Positions 20,363 to 31,499 of a DNA stretch of 64,000 nt are shown here, in pieces; positions within the stretch are counted from its first letter, which is position 1; each line of letters begins with the position of its first letter. The stretch is from the NCBI GenBank assembly GCA_963798915.1, contig CAWCVB010000002.1, positions 512,001-576,000 of the forward strand, read 5' to 3'. This DNA comes from an uncultured Gemmatimonadales bacterium (GTDB lineage: Bacteria; Gemmatimonadota; Gemmatimonadetes; Gemmatimonadales; GWC2-71-9). Made by a program: the position numbers and the translations under genes. A model generated the notes under the pieces. It was not told the DNA's origin. It saw only the letters and a list, made by a program, of their open reading frames with translations, and did no database searches.

Positions 20363-21148
20363 GTGTCTCGGCGATTCGAGCCTTTGGCGGATGACAGACA
20401 GTCAATTCGGCTGCCGGGATATGACTACACGCGGGCAGGTGCGTACTTCGTAACCGTCTGCGTGGCGGCGAGGAAGCGTATCCTGGGCTCCATACGATGT
20501 GGTGTCATGAGGGTGAGCGAGGCGGGGCGGGCGGCGGAAGCGGCATGGTATGGGCTGCCGGCGCATTATCCCCACGTGCGTTTGGACGCGTTCGTGGTGA
20601 TGCCCAATCATGTGCACGGGATCGTAATGTTGGACGCGGGAATGGATCGGGACGTGGGAACCGTAGGGGCGGGTCGGTTCGGGGCATCGGGCGACGGTCG
20701 TGGCGAGGGACAGGCAGGGGCGGGTCGGTTCGGGGCATCGGGCGACGGTCGTGGCGCGGGACAGGTAGGGGCGGGTCGGTTCGGGGCATCGGGCGACGGT
20801 CGTGGCGCGGGACAGGTAGGGGCGGGTCGGTTCGGGGCATCGGGCGACGGTCGTGGCGCGGGACAGGTAGGGGCGGGTCTTAGACCCGCCCCTGCGGGTG
20901 CCCGGGCAACCATCCCAACGTCGGGCGGTGCCCCGTCGCCGCCACGACGTCACGCATTACCCGAAATCGTCCGCGCGTTCAAATCATTTTCCGCCCGCGC
21001 CATCAACATCCATCGCGGAACACCCGGTGCCCTGGTGTGGCAACGGAATTACTATGAGCGCATTGTGCGAGACGTACGCCACCTGAAACAGGTGCGGCGC
21101 TACATTCTGGAGAACCCAGCCGCCTGGGGCGACGACCACTTCCGCTGA
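20363..21148 (+). CDS. REP-associated tyrosine transposase (RAYT, Y1 HUH)
   Basis: RQSIRLPGYDY, YFVTVC, VVMPNHVHGI, FKSFS, WQRNYY, YILENP. Confidence 0.92.
   Translation: MSRRFEPLADDRQSIRLPGYDYTRAGAYFVTVCVAARKRILGSIRCGVMRVSEAGRAAEAAWYGLPAHYPHVRLDAFVVMPNHVHGIVMLDAGMDRDVGTVGAGRFGASGDGRGEGQAGAGRFGASGDGRGAGQVGAGRFGASGDGRGAGQVGAGRFGASGDGRGAGQVGAGLRPAPAGARATIPTSGGAPSPPRRHALPEIVRAFKSFSARAINIHRGTPGALVWQRNYYERIVRDVRHLKQVRRYILENPAAWGDDHFR
20663..20895 (+). repeat. 4 x 51-bp in-frame tandem half-REP units plus one complete GTAG REP
   Basis: Units start at 20663, 20714, 20765 and 20816; REP GTAGGGGCGGGTCTTAGACCCGCCCCTGC at 20867-20895. Confidence 0.93.
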
Positions 21149-21268
21149 TCAGCGCAGGACGAGCTCCTGCTGGTGGCCTTCTCCATGAGCCGCCATCGGG
21201 GAAGTCCCAGCGGGCTGGCGACTTGGCCCCGTCTTTTCGCCGGTGGTCTCCGGGACTATTCTTCTCCC

Positions 21269-21317
<49 letters not shown>

Positions 21318-21786
21318 GAGGCTAGCAGGCCTCTTTTGCAACCGGACGACTCGTTCTAAATCAGTGCCATAATTACCTGCACCAGAACGCCTTACGGTAG
21401 CGATCCGAAGAAACTCACCGATGCATCTCATGCGGCGTTCGCCTCGTGGTGATTCCCATATGCTTCCCATCAGCGATTCGCTGACCCCCAGGCTCACGGA
21501 AGCGGTGGTCTTCGATGTACCAGTGTGTACCAAGGCAGCTTGACGACGACGGTCATGTATGTATGAGGGCCATCTTGATCGGTCGAGCTATTAGGCCAAC
21601 TTGGCCTTCGCGCGCGCCGGTCGGCAGGTTCAATTCCCTGTAGGCAATGCAATCTGCAACAGGTTGGTCATGTACCTGAGGCTAGGTCGTTGCGAGAACA
21701 CCCCTTACACGCCGGCACGGTCCTTCCTAGTGCTTCGTCGAAGGTGGAGCGACTTTTTGCCCCTGAGTGGAAGAGGGAGAAATGCG

Positions 21787-22131
21787 ATGAAGCCGCGCTC
21801 TCGACTAGCCCTTGCTTGCTTGGCCATGCTGATCGCAGGATGCGCGACCGGAGGCGGGTTCCAAAACCTGATGAACTCATGGGTCGGAAATGACGTAAAG
21901 AATACCATCATGGCCTGGGGCGCCACAAGCGACGTGTTCACGCTGCCGAACGGCAATCGAATGTACACATGGCTCTACGTGGGCGGGACGCGGGTGACTG
22001 CGAACTACAACAGCTATCTGAACATGGTCACGGCCGGATCGGTGACCTACTGGTGCAAGACGTCCTTCACTGCGAATGGCGATGATCGGATCATTGCTTG
22101 GCAGGGGCGAAGCAACGCCTGCCGTGCTTGA
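21787..22131 (+). CDS. hypothetical lipoprotein
   Basis: Lipobox IAGC; WG..S and CKTSF...W..C pattern. Confidence 0.7.
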   Translation: MKPRSRLALACLAMLIAGCATGGGFQNLMNSWVGNDVKNTIMAWGATSDVFTLPNGNRMYTWLYVGGTRVTANYNSYLNMVTAGSVTYWCKTSFTANGDDRIIAWQGRSNACRA

Positions 22132-22260
22132 GGAGCTAGCATTGCGAGCGCGAGTGCCCGAACCGCGATCAGGGGGCTCACGGACAGCTGCCTTCGGTTG
22201 TTTCAGCGCTCGGACGGCGCCTAGGAATGGGGAGGGGCAGCGTCCTCCGGGGAGGCGCGT

Positions 22261-22731
22261 GTGAAGTTATGGAGCGTCGCACTGCTCTCTGCCGCCCTGA
22301 ACTCGGGGCTTCCGATTGCGAGAGGTCCAGGTTCCATCTCGAACGAATTGGATCTCAACGAGATCACGCTCTTCGACGCGAACGGGGCACCAGTGGCCTA
22401 CATCGCACCGGACGAAGAGTTGGCGATCTATCTTTGGAATGGAAAGCGGGTGGCCTACCTGGAACATGATGGTGACGCCTTCTCCATCTATGGGTTCAAA
22501 GGCAAGCATCTCGGCTGGTTCGACGAGGGAGTTGTACGCGATAACGAAGGGGATGCAGTCGGATTGATAGAGGGCGCTGTCAACAAGACGACTGAGCTCG
22601 AGCGATTGAAGGCGTTCAAGCAATTTCAGCCTTTTCGTGCGTTCACGCAGTTCGCTCGAATCGGGCTCATTGATTCGAACCGGTGGTCACGGATGCCGCT
22701 AGAGCTCTTCCTAGCCGCCGGGCGCAACTGA
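22261..22731 (+). CDS. 4-fold beta-flower domain protein
   Basis: Repeated hairpins FDANGAPVAYI, YLWNGKRVAYL, YGFKGKHLGWF. Confidence 0.75.
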   Translation: MKLWSVALLSAALNSGLPIARGPGSISNELDLNEITLFDANGAPVAYIAPDEELAIYLWNGKRVAYLEHDGDAFSIYGFKGKHLGWFDEGVVRDNEGDAVGLIEGAVNKTTELERLKAFKQFQPFRAFTQFARIGLIDSNRWSRMPLELFLAAGRN

Positions 22732-23224
22732 ATGTCGATAAGTCGTTTTGCTTGTTGCCACTTGGATCTCGTTGGCGGCTCTGGCGGAACTGTGCCGGTT
22801 CCTGGTGACCTCGATCGACCGCTTCCGATCTGCTTCCGAAGCACCTCTCTGCTGCGATAGCGCCGAAGACCGAGAAAGGCGACACATACGAAGGCGCCAA
22901 GCGCTTGTTCACGCGAGTCTTCTCGCGTATGCCTGCGTGATCGGGTGCCGAGTGTCGGAGAGTCGTTGCTCTGCGTTGTTCTTCACCGGTGACGTGAAGT
23001 GGTATTCGCTGCGAACGTGCTGTCTGTCGCGCTCGAGTCGATCTAAGCGTTCAGATCTCCCAGTATGCGTCTTGCACATACAGTTCACGTACGCCGCCTC
23101 ACCGGTCTCTTTTTGCCTTGACTACGGTGTGATTCTGAGCGGTGGCTGGTGGTAGCATTTGACGCCCGGGGCGCCTTTGTGTTGTTGCGACTGCTTTGGC
23201 TGGCTTATTATCGAATCTCCTGTG

Positions 23225-26200
23225 CTAACTGGCGACGTTGCGTCCTTGTCGCGGGATACGAATCTGGAAGGGGGCAATAGAGGATTGCGACGCGCACCTT
23301 GCGCGCCGCGGAAGTGAGTTGCGCTGCTTGAGACTCGAATCGAACTCGGACCTAGTGTATAGGGCCATGCCGTCGACTATACGTGTGTCGATAATTGATG
23401 GGGTATCAAGCGGAGCAGGTGAAATAGACGATGAGGCACATTCCATGCGTATACCGAGTGGGTCGAGGAAGTGTGCGACAAGTGGGTGCTTCATGGCAGA
23501 GTCCAGCTCGCGATTCCATGACTCCTTCACCTCGACGATCGCGCGGATCCGAGATGCGGTGTCGTGCGCGCCTCGATCGGCAGTGGCCTGCATGTCAAGG
23601 TCGGTCCGATCCCCATCAACGGCTCTTGCCACTCTGGACTGCACAACCAGTTCCTCAATCATCACATTCCGTTGCGTGAGGTCTCGACGGAGATGACGGG
23701 CAACATGATTGGAGAGCGCTTCTTCGTCCTGAGGCCGTTGCCGTTGCCTGCCACACCACGCTCTCAGAGTAGGTCTATCTCTCGCAGCTCACTCTGGAGC
23801 TCGCGCTTTAGCCGCTGAAGACTCTCGGCAATCACCTCTAGCAGCTGTTGACTCGACTCTACTTGACGCGCTTTTGGTCGCTCAGCGAGTGTGAGGAGAA
23901 TTCTCGGTGACGTCTCACGTCAATGATCACTCACTAGTGTCGCTGAGGTTATCAGATAGTAATGCATGAGTTACTCGCGCTTTGGGCTGGTCACGGCTAT
24001 CTGTCGCAGGTACTCTACGCCGCCGGCGTTCGTCGCTCGACAAGCGCATTGAAGGCATTGCTTTGTCAGTGCTCAGCCTCATCTCGAGGGCTCGGTGAGT
24101 AGACACTTACGTGTCAGGGGTCGCTCTCAGGCGGGAAGTGCTCGATAAGAAGGCTCACTAACTCCGCAAGCGTTGTCTCGGGAAGGGGCGCTAGCTGAGT
24201 ATTAGCTCGCTCAAGGAAATGGTGCTTTCACGCTCGGCGACTCGGAGGAGGACGTCGTGCGCGAACGCTGGCTGATCTTGCAGGAGTGAGCTGATGCGTG
24301 GCTAGCTGAGATCCGCGGCTTGAGCAATCAGGACGGCAGTCGCTGCGACTGCAAGCTCGCGGGCGGGTTGTCTCTCGCCTATCCTGCAACAGGAGAAAGA
24401 CACTTTCGCGGCGAGTTCTGCGGCACGGTTGTCGCTCGCCTCGATGAAAGGCTTCACTAAGTTGACAAAGACATAGGGCGGACAGAACGGCGCTGCAGCA
24501 GCAAAGAGGATCTTGTCAACGATGTCGGATAGGCTCGAGGACTTCACAAGGAGTGATTCGCTCAGGTCTCGGAACGGATCGCTTGTCTCGTGGTTGATCG
24601 CCTGTGCAACAAGTTCTTCGACCAAAGCGGTGACATTTTGCGGCGCATGCATGCTCACCACTCGGACGAGTGTCTCGTGTCGCTCTTTCTCGTCTGAGTC
24701 TTTGTAGTCACGTCGCTTCACTATCACTTGGGCTCACGCTGCTCATAGTGCCGAGGAAACCAGATCTGTTTGTTTGGACGCAAACAGGAGCTGCGCCGCG
24801 CTATATCTCTATGCGGCGCTGAACGTCGTCGACTGATCGGGATACGGATCGGCTGGGGGAGCGCAGTCGTTCAAGAACGCCGCTGTCAGGGTGAAGGACT
24901 CGCTCTGGATTGTGGCACTACACTCCTCCCAGAGCGGGGTTGGGTTGGATCGTCATAATGTGACGAGCCGCTCGCTGCATCAGAAGGACTAAAGAGTTCT
25001 ACTCAGACTTGAGGTCACTTTTGCTCAGAGGTCATTGGAGTTGGGTCGGTAAGAGCGTTCTGTACTTGAGAAGCTGAAGGTGACGGCGGGCGGCTCGCTT
25101 CGCTGTGGTCTCTTGTCGTTGTTGTCTGCGTTTCTCTTCGGTCTGCTTAATCGCACGAGCTTGCAGCACGTGGTACACAAAGGCACGGCGTCGCTAAGGC
25201 GCTGGGTTACGTTCGCGAGTTCTTTGAGCAACTGTCGGACATCGGGGTCGGTCAGATGCGCTATCGCTACCTTTGTCTGCTCCAGATCACTCGGATCAAA
25301 GTGCCTCTGAAGCAGGCTGCGCTAAGCGTTGCGGCTTGGGTGCTCAGGCGGGAGACTCGACAGCTGTTTCAGCGCTTATGGCAGGTCACTCAACAGGAAT
25401 AGCGGCTGGTTATGGTATGCGATATAGAACGCTAGCTTGTCGCTTTCTCTTCGCCGGAGCTTATGAGGGTCTGGATCAGTGTTTGTCGTGCTTTTGGCTC
25501 ACTGGACAGGGCGTCGCGGAAACAGTGTGGCTCGTAGTCAGCTGTACCGGGGACGGAGTCGTAGTGTTTCGCGACTTGATTCAGAAAGGTGGTGATCTCT
25601 TGCACCGCGGTCGGATCGCTGTTTGAGCGCGTGACCTCTATAAGCGCTTGAGTGAGCAACAAGTTCGCTAGACGAGATTCGCTGGGTGTGTTACCGCCGC
25701 GACGGCGCCTCACTCACTGCAGGTCGGGGAGGAGATAGCTTTTCTTCAGCCTATCACTGTTCAGTGTCTCGGTAATGCGGTTCAGTGCGACGCTATATGC
25801 GCTCGACAGGTTCGGGCGCTTGGGTCGAGTCAGGTGCTCGAAGAGCATCGCAGGCGAAAGGGTCGGTTAACACGCGCTAAGCGCGGAGCTCTTGAGATCG
25901 TCGTCTTCGTTCTTCACTGGGGGTGAGACGAAGAGCGGGGTCAGAGCGCGACGGTCTGTCTCGGCGCTAGCGGCTCGAACGAGGTCGCTGCACTGGATCG
26001 CAGGGGGCGAGGGTTGGAGTCGGTTAGGGCGACTCGCACGGCTAGAGCAGCTAGTGCGGTCACTTTGTTTCACGTAGCGATCTCTAACGCTAGCTCTCGC
26101 GTTGGGTCGGAGGGTCTTCGTTCTCGATAACGGGGGTTAATTGTGCAGCGATTTTGGATGCTTGAGCTGTTCGTACGGGCGATGGGAATCGAAGCTGCGC

Positions 26201-27520
26201 ATCGGTAGTGTGTTGCGCTGCGAAGCCTCGAGGAGTGCAGTGGTCAGCGCGGCTCGGCGAGCGTCGCTCATGCGGACGACGTCGTTGAGCATGGCCTCGG
26301 GATCGCGCTCTACTCACAGTTGAAGAACTCGGAGTTGAGAGACGCCACTCAAGCCCGGTCTGTCGCAGCTGAGGGACGATTGGCTCAGCGGATCGCCGGG
26401 TCGCTGAAGAGGTCGGTCAATTGTTGAGCTTGAAGGATCGTGCATGTAGCTACGCGCGGCTAAATACTCCGCGAAGGTGGCGTGTGCGGCTGTTAAGCGC
26501 TTCGCACTCTGCTCGGTGAACAGTGCTGTGTTCAGCGCCTCGAAGGACCTGCGCTCGTTTAAGTCGAAAGTTCGGCACTGGATTGTTCAGTGCCGGCAAT
26601 TTCACTCAGGAGCAACGCAATCTGGCTCGACTGCGGGGCGTCGAGACATCGACAACGCGGCGATTGCTAAGCAAAAGGAGGGCGAAGATGCGCTTCGCTG
26701 CAGCTATGCGCTGGCTCGTGCTCAGCAGCAGCGGGCGACGCTCGGAGCCTGGGCGCGCACGCATCATGTCTGTCTGGCAGGACTCGGTGGTCAACAACTC
26801 AAAGAGCTCTGTCTGCGGAAGGGCAAGGGTCATTTCGTCGAGGAAACGTGTGTTAAAGAGCGAAGTGTGATCGGTTGGGCCGCGAATGCGCCGATGCCGG
26901 CGCAGTTCACTGCAGTCATGAACTGCTCAACTTTCTTCTGCACTGGACTCGCTGCCTGAAGCTTCAACCGCTTCGACGCCTCGCGTTCGACATACTGTGC
27001 GACATTCTGACGGCGAAGCGGAAGAATCTCTAGTTGCGTGACTCTGGGGAACGCGTTATTACCAGCCTGATGCCACGCGTCGCTAAACACGGTTGTCAAC
27101 TGGTCGGCAAGTGGGGTGGCAGTACGGCTGTCGGCACTTCAAGCGAAGCCGGAGCCGCTCGGTCGGAAGTTTTGAAATCTTCTCTATGAGCCTGGCCGCG
27201 ATAAGGTGCAGAGCTACTGGAGACTCATCTAATCTGTTCAGAACGAGGTAAAGGCGTTCAGTGTCGCTCTGCCAGCGCGCCAGCTCGGTTGGGTCGAAAA
27301 TCGCACGCGCAAACCTGTCCAAAGTGTCGAAGAGCGAAACGTTTCTTCAATTAAGTAGTGTGGCGATTGTGTGGCGCTCGAACGAGATGACTCTATCAGC
27401 GCTTGAAGGTGTCGGCGTACATGCCGAGCGCGATGAACTTTCTCAGGTCGGGGTTTTGAGGGCCAGAACACATGGATGCGCGTCAGGATCGTTCAGTGAG
27501 CCAAGAGTGTGAATCGCGTC
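23225..27520 (-). pseudogene. STAND/NACHT NTPase with C-terminal PD-(D/E)xK-like domain, hypermutated
   Basis: Degraded Walker A (P-D-L-R-K from P-G-L-G-K, ~27440), Walker B YLVLNRLDE (from LDGLDE, ~27235), HATFAEYLAAR (~26470), C-terminal RTD...EVKESWN; many stops; ends approximate. Confidence 0.8.
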
Positions 27521-28148
27521 ACTGGAGGGTGAGAGGGGGGATGGTTCTGTGAGGTAACTCTTGAACTCAGAGTATGTTCTGCTTGTTCCGTTCAATATCG
27601 AACTCACGGCAGCCGGCGATTGGCAGGATCACGCAAGCGGAGTATGCGATTGGGCATTGCAGTTCCGTTCGGGTTGTGAAGTCGGGACGTTCGTATCCTA
27701 TCCTCTATTCGTGTAAACGGCACTCTCAGCGCGACTTGGCTTGATCATGTCGCTTTCATACCCGACCGGCCGCCAACCTTGATCCGCGCTGGTCGCTCAG
27801 TTCCTTGAGCTGCCAGGCTCACCATCTTTGAGTGAACGCTCTCCACCAGAACCATTCGCGCTCGGCTGTGTGTTACTGCGGTTCAGCAGCGGGTCTCACT
27901 TGAGGCTCTTTGTGTAGTGTACGATGTAGTGAATTCTGGCTTTTGCGCTACTGAGATTCGAAGGCTGCTCGCCGAGGTCACTCTGCAGGAGCGTGGGGCG
28001 GTGTGGCAAAGTGTCATGCGCATCGAGGGTCCACGTCTCCAACAACAGCTCCATCGTGTCCAAGTCCCACCCACCCACCAGAGCAATAGCCAGGGCTATC
28101 TCAGGGGTCGTATCGTGGAAGAACGCCCAATCGTCGAGCTGTAGGCAC

Positions 28149-28252
28149 GTAAGCTTACCCCGATTGGATACAGCGTAAGTTAGACTTTCTCGTGACCCCA
28201 AGGAGGGTTGATGAGGAAGTCCAATTTCACCGAGTCCCAGATCGTGGCGCTT
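28149..28252 (+). mobile_element. IS3-family left-end remnant
   Basis: IR-like AGCTTACCCC..., AAGGAGG RBS, ATG at 28211 encoding MRKSNFTESQIVA (OrfA-like N-terminus), then truncated. Confidence 0.6.
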
Positions 28253-28521
28253 CGACGTCATGCGGCGAACCCCGCTCCGCTACGTCGGGACGGTTCACGA
28301 TGCCGCACTGACGGAGATCTCGCAAGGCGCACGATCCGACACGTAGGCCCTCTGGGGGCGGAGAAAATGAAGTAACGGGATTCGGAAAGTTCTTGCAATA
28401 TCAGGGGGTGTCAGCGCGCGTGTTTGGCGTTTTGTTCGGCTTTTAGGCGGCGGCTCTCCACGCTACGTAGTGCGCGTCTTGGTCCAGCTCCGTTTGGTTT
28501 ACCATGAATTTCACCAGTAAT

Positions 28522-30621
28522 CTATTCCGCTATCCAGAATGGCTGACTTCGGGAGACGGAAAGAATGCCGCGGCCCCCCAACTCCACAGTCAGCCGATAA
28601 TACCCGGGCTGGAGCTCGCTCAAGTGGAGCGACAACCGCACTGCCAAGCTCGTGCCGTCGGCGTGTGCAGTCACCTGTGTCGTGACGCTTCTTCCCTCCG
28701 CGCCATCCGCCGGCTCAATGCGCGTGCGCACCGTCATTGGAGCACCACTCGGCAGGTCCTCAGCCTCCAGCAACACTTCCATATCATCACCCACGCGGTA
28801 TGCGTTAGAGGCGCTGAGTGGAAATGCCCCAGCCGGTGTTGGCCAGCGCAGTTCGGTGTTTGGAGTTCCGAGCAGGAAGACGCAGACCGTCGGTCGCCCG
28901 CCGACGGGCGCCGGGACGTCGACGCCCAGCTGCAGCCCAGACGAACCAGCTGCTGGATCCGCACCAGTCAACAGCCATCTGATTTCGTACTCGCCGGTCG
29001 CGACGGGGAAATCTACGGCTCCCGCGACCCATTGGTTCGGGCGGACCGGACGCGTCGCATCGTAAAGCAGCGTGGTATCGAATGTGACCGGTGATCCTCC
29101 CCCTTTGGAAAGGGCTGTGATCCGGAGTCGGAGCGGTAGTGCCGGTCGGCCTCCTAATGAGATCAGCTCAAGACTCTGAGGCGGGATGCCAAACGCCACG
29201 AGCAGCCGCCCGGGCTGGGCCAGGCCGTACGCGCGCAGGACAGCATTAAGCGAGTGGTCGAAGTGAAGGGGGTACGCGTTCGTCGTCACGGCCAATGTGA
29301 TGTTATCCATGGATGCCGAAGCCACTTGACGTCGTAGTGCGGCCCGGCGCAACGGACGATATTCCTCCAGCCAGCGCGCGTATACCGAATCGTAGTCTGC
29401 CAGCATCGAGAGGTTGTCCCCGCCCAGACCCCCGGCACCAACTTGAAATCGGCGTAGGCACAAAAGGCGATAGGTGAACGCATGAGAGTGAAGTAAAGGC
29501 GAAAGTTCACTATCATGCCGCGATCGGGACCATTTTCGTACAGCCATGAAAACACAGGACAGCCCTGAACAGTCTCGGTGCCCGAACGAAGGACTCGGGT
29601 CGGGGGGCCATGGCGAATAAAGATGACGCCGCGGTCATCCACAAGACGCTGTCCACTGCGATACGGCATAGCTTTGTTGAAATCGCGGTCGTGCACTCGA
29701 AGCGCAAACTCGGCGCGGGCAAAGCGGATGCGTCGTTCATGTTCCGCGAGCCGCTCGCCAACCGAACGGAAGTCGGCCGCTGCACGCCGCTCCCAGAACG
29801 CATGTGCCCAACTAGCTCGCTCCGTCACGCTCAGGGAGTCGAAGGCCTCCATCTCCGCGTCCGTGGCGACCCACGCAAAATCCTGATGAAACACGCTGCG
29901 CGCTGCCTCGCTCCGGACCTCGCCAAATGCCCGGAACCACGTCGCTTCACCCGTGGCCAGTTGACCGCCATGAGCTGGCCCCGGGCTAACGACAACAGCG
30001 CGAGAGCGGAATCGCCCCGAAGCTCAAGTACACGAGCGGCGGCAGCAATCGCACTATCTGGATTGCCCCAGTCCAGCTCGATCTGAGCGCGGGCGAGCAA
30101 TGCCTGCGCATTCGTGGATGTCAGAGATGCAGCGCTTCGAATCGCCGCCGCGTCATCGTTACTGCCGATATGGGCGAGAGTTCGAAGCCGACTGTCGGCA
30201 AGCAGGGTTGCGGCGAGAGCGTAATTTGGATCGCGTTTGAGCGCTTCGCGCAGCGCCACCGCTGCGCGTTGCGCGTAGGACATCCGATAAGCCCGCGATC
30301 GCGTGTGTGAGCAACCACACCCAGAATGGCGAGCTGATACCGCGCTCTGCCTGCCAGATACCACGCTTCTGCGAGGGCGTCACGCTTCAGCAGTGTGGGC
30401 ACCAGAAGGTCAAGGGCCTTGTTCAGGAGCTGAGGGTCACGCTGTGCAACGCCGCTATCAATACGAGCCCGCACTGATGCGAGATCGCCGACAAAGGCAG
30501 GCAGTTCATGGGAGGCGAGGGCGGGTGTGAGTTCGTTGCTGGATTGTCGGGCATGGACCGTCCCGGTCGTCGTCCCGATACCCACGATTGTGGCCAGCAA
30601 GCAACAAGTCGCGTGTCTCAT
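28522..30621 (-). pseudogene. GWxTD-like/TPR exported protein, multiply frameshifted
   Basis: FWERR...RLAEHERR...DDRGVIFIRHGPP; TPR segments spread over several frames. Confidence 0.7.
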
Positions 30622-30784
30622 GGCGAACCATTCCAAGCCGCAGTACCGATTCTTGAAAGCCTGACCGCATTCGGTGCGGAGACCCGTGCAGGCAGCCGGG
30701 GATGCTTGCGCTAGCCTCAACCGACTACCCTGCGCTAGTACACCTGTTAGTAGTATGCTAGCGCAGGGCTCCGGAATCCACTCG

Positions 30785-31213
30785 TCAGCACTCCACGATG
30801 GAAATTGATCCGCACTGGTACCACTCTCCAGTGCCGGGCGAGCATCCGTCGTTGTGGTCCGGGCTAAGTGTCGGGCCACAGCAGTTATTCCCTTGGTAGC
30901 ACGAGGTTCCGCTGTCGTGAATACCGCCACTTCCCTCGCTGCAAGAGGGCTTCGCCCAGCTCCCCTCCCCATCGCCTTCGTTTATCGCTAGGCAGCAGGC
31001 ACCTCGGGGATCGGTTGCAGGGTCCCACCCGCACTGCGCGATGGAGCAACTCCAAGCCGCGCAGCCACTCAGAGCTTTCTGAAAGACCGGGATGGGTGTC
31101 TCGGGGGCGGTCGCCTCGGGGCCGGCGAGCCCTTGCGCATCTGAGCACGCAGCGGCGAGGGAGACGGACAGCAGGACGAACAGTACGGAGCACCACTTCT
31201 GCCTCGAGCGCAT
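30785..31213 (-). CDS. cysteine-rich lipoprotein
   Basis: Lipobox AAAC; 12 further Cys; GGAGG RBS. Confidence 0.7.
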   Translation of the reverse strand: MRSRQKWCSVLFVLLSVSLAAACSDAQGLAGPEATAPETPIPVFQKALSGCAAWSCSIAQCGWDPATDPRGACCLAINEGDGEGSWAKPSCSEGSGGIHDSGTSCYQGNNCCGPTLSPDHNDGCSPGTGEWYQCGSISIVEC

Positions 31214-31259
31214 TGCGACCTCCAGGGGTAGGGTCTACTGCGACGAACCTCCGCTTCCT

Positions 31260-31480
31260 TGTGGCTTCCGGGACGCGGACTTGAGCGCTGCGTGAATCGT
31301 TGCTTCAAATGCCGAGTACGGCAGCGCCCCGCTGAGTACCATGCCGTGGATGCTGTCGACTGCCACGGCCCGGCCAATGATGAACTGAGGGGTGGAGTTG
31401 AGTCCGAGCTTCTGGGCCACGTCGGCATCCTGTCGCACATCCGACAAGTATTTCTCTGTGGAGAAGCACGGGCCGAAGTG
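31260..31480 (-). pseudogene. DsbA/thioredoxin C-terminal remnant
   Basis: DADVAQKLGLNSTPQFIIG...LSGALPYSAF; no CxxC-containing N-terminus. Confidence 0.65.
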
Positions 31481-31499
31481 CGAGGCTGTGCCGGCGGCG

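Noticed and set aside
20663..20895. CRISPR array
   Set aside because: Units are near-identical along their whole length with no unique spacers, lie in frame within the RAYT gene, and no cas genes are present
23225..27520. Alternative genetic code or stop-codon readthrough explaining the many stops
   Set aside because: All three stop types occur, together with missense changes in catalytic motifs and frameshifts; neighbouring genes use the standard code
23225..27520. Diversity-generating retroelement mutagenesis
   Set aside because: DGRs mutate adenines in short VR/TR pairs; no reverse transcriptase or template repeat is present
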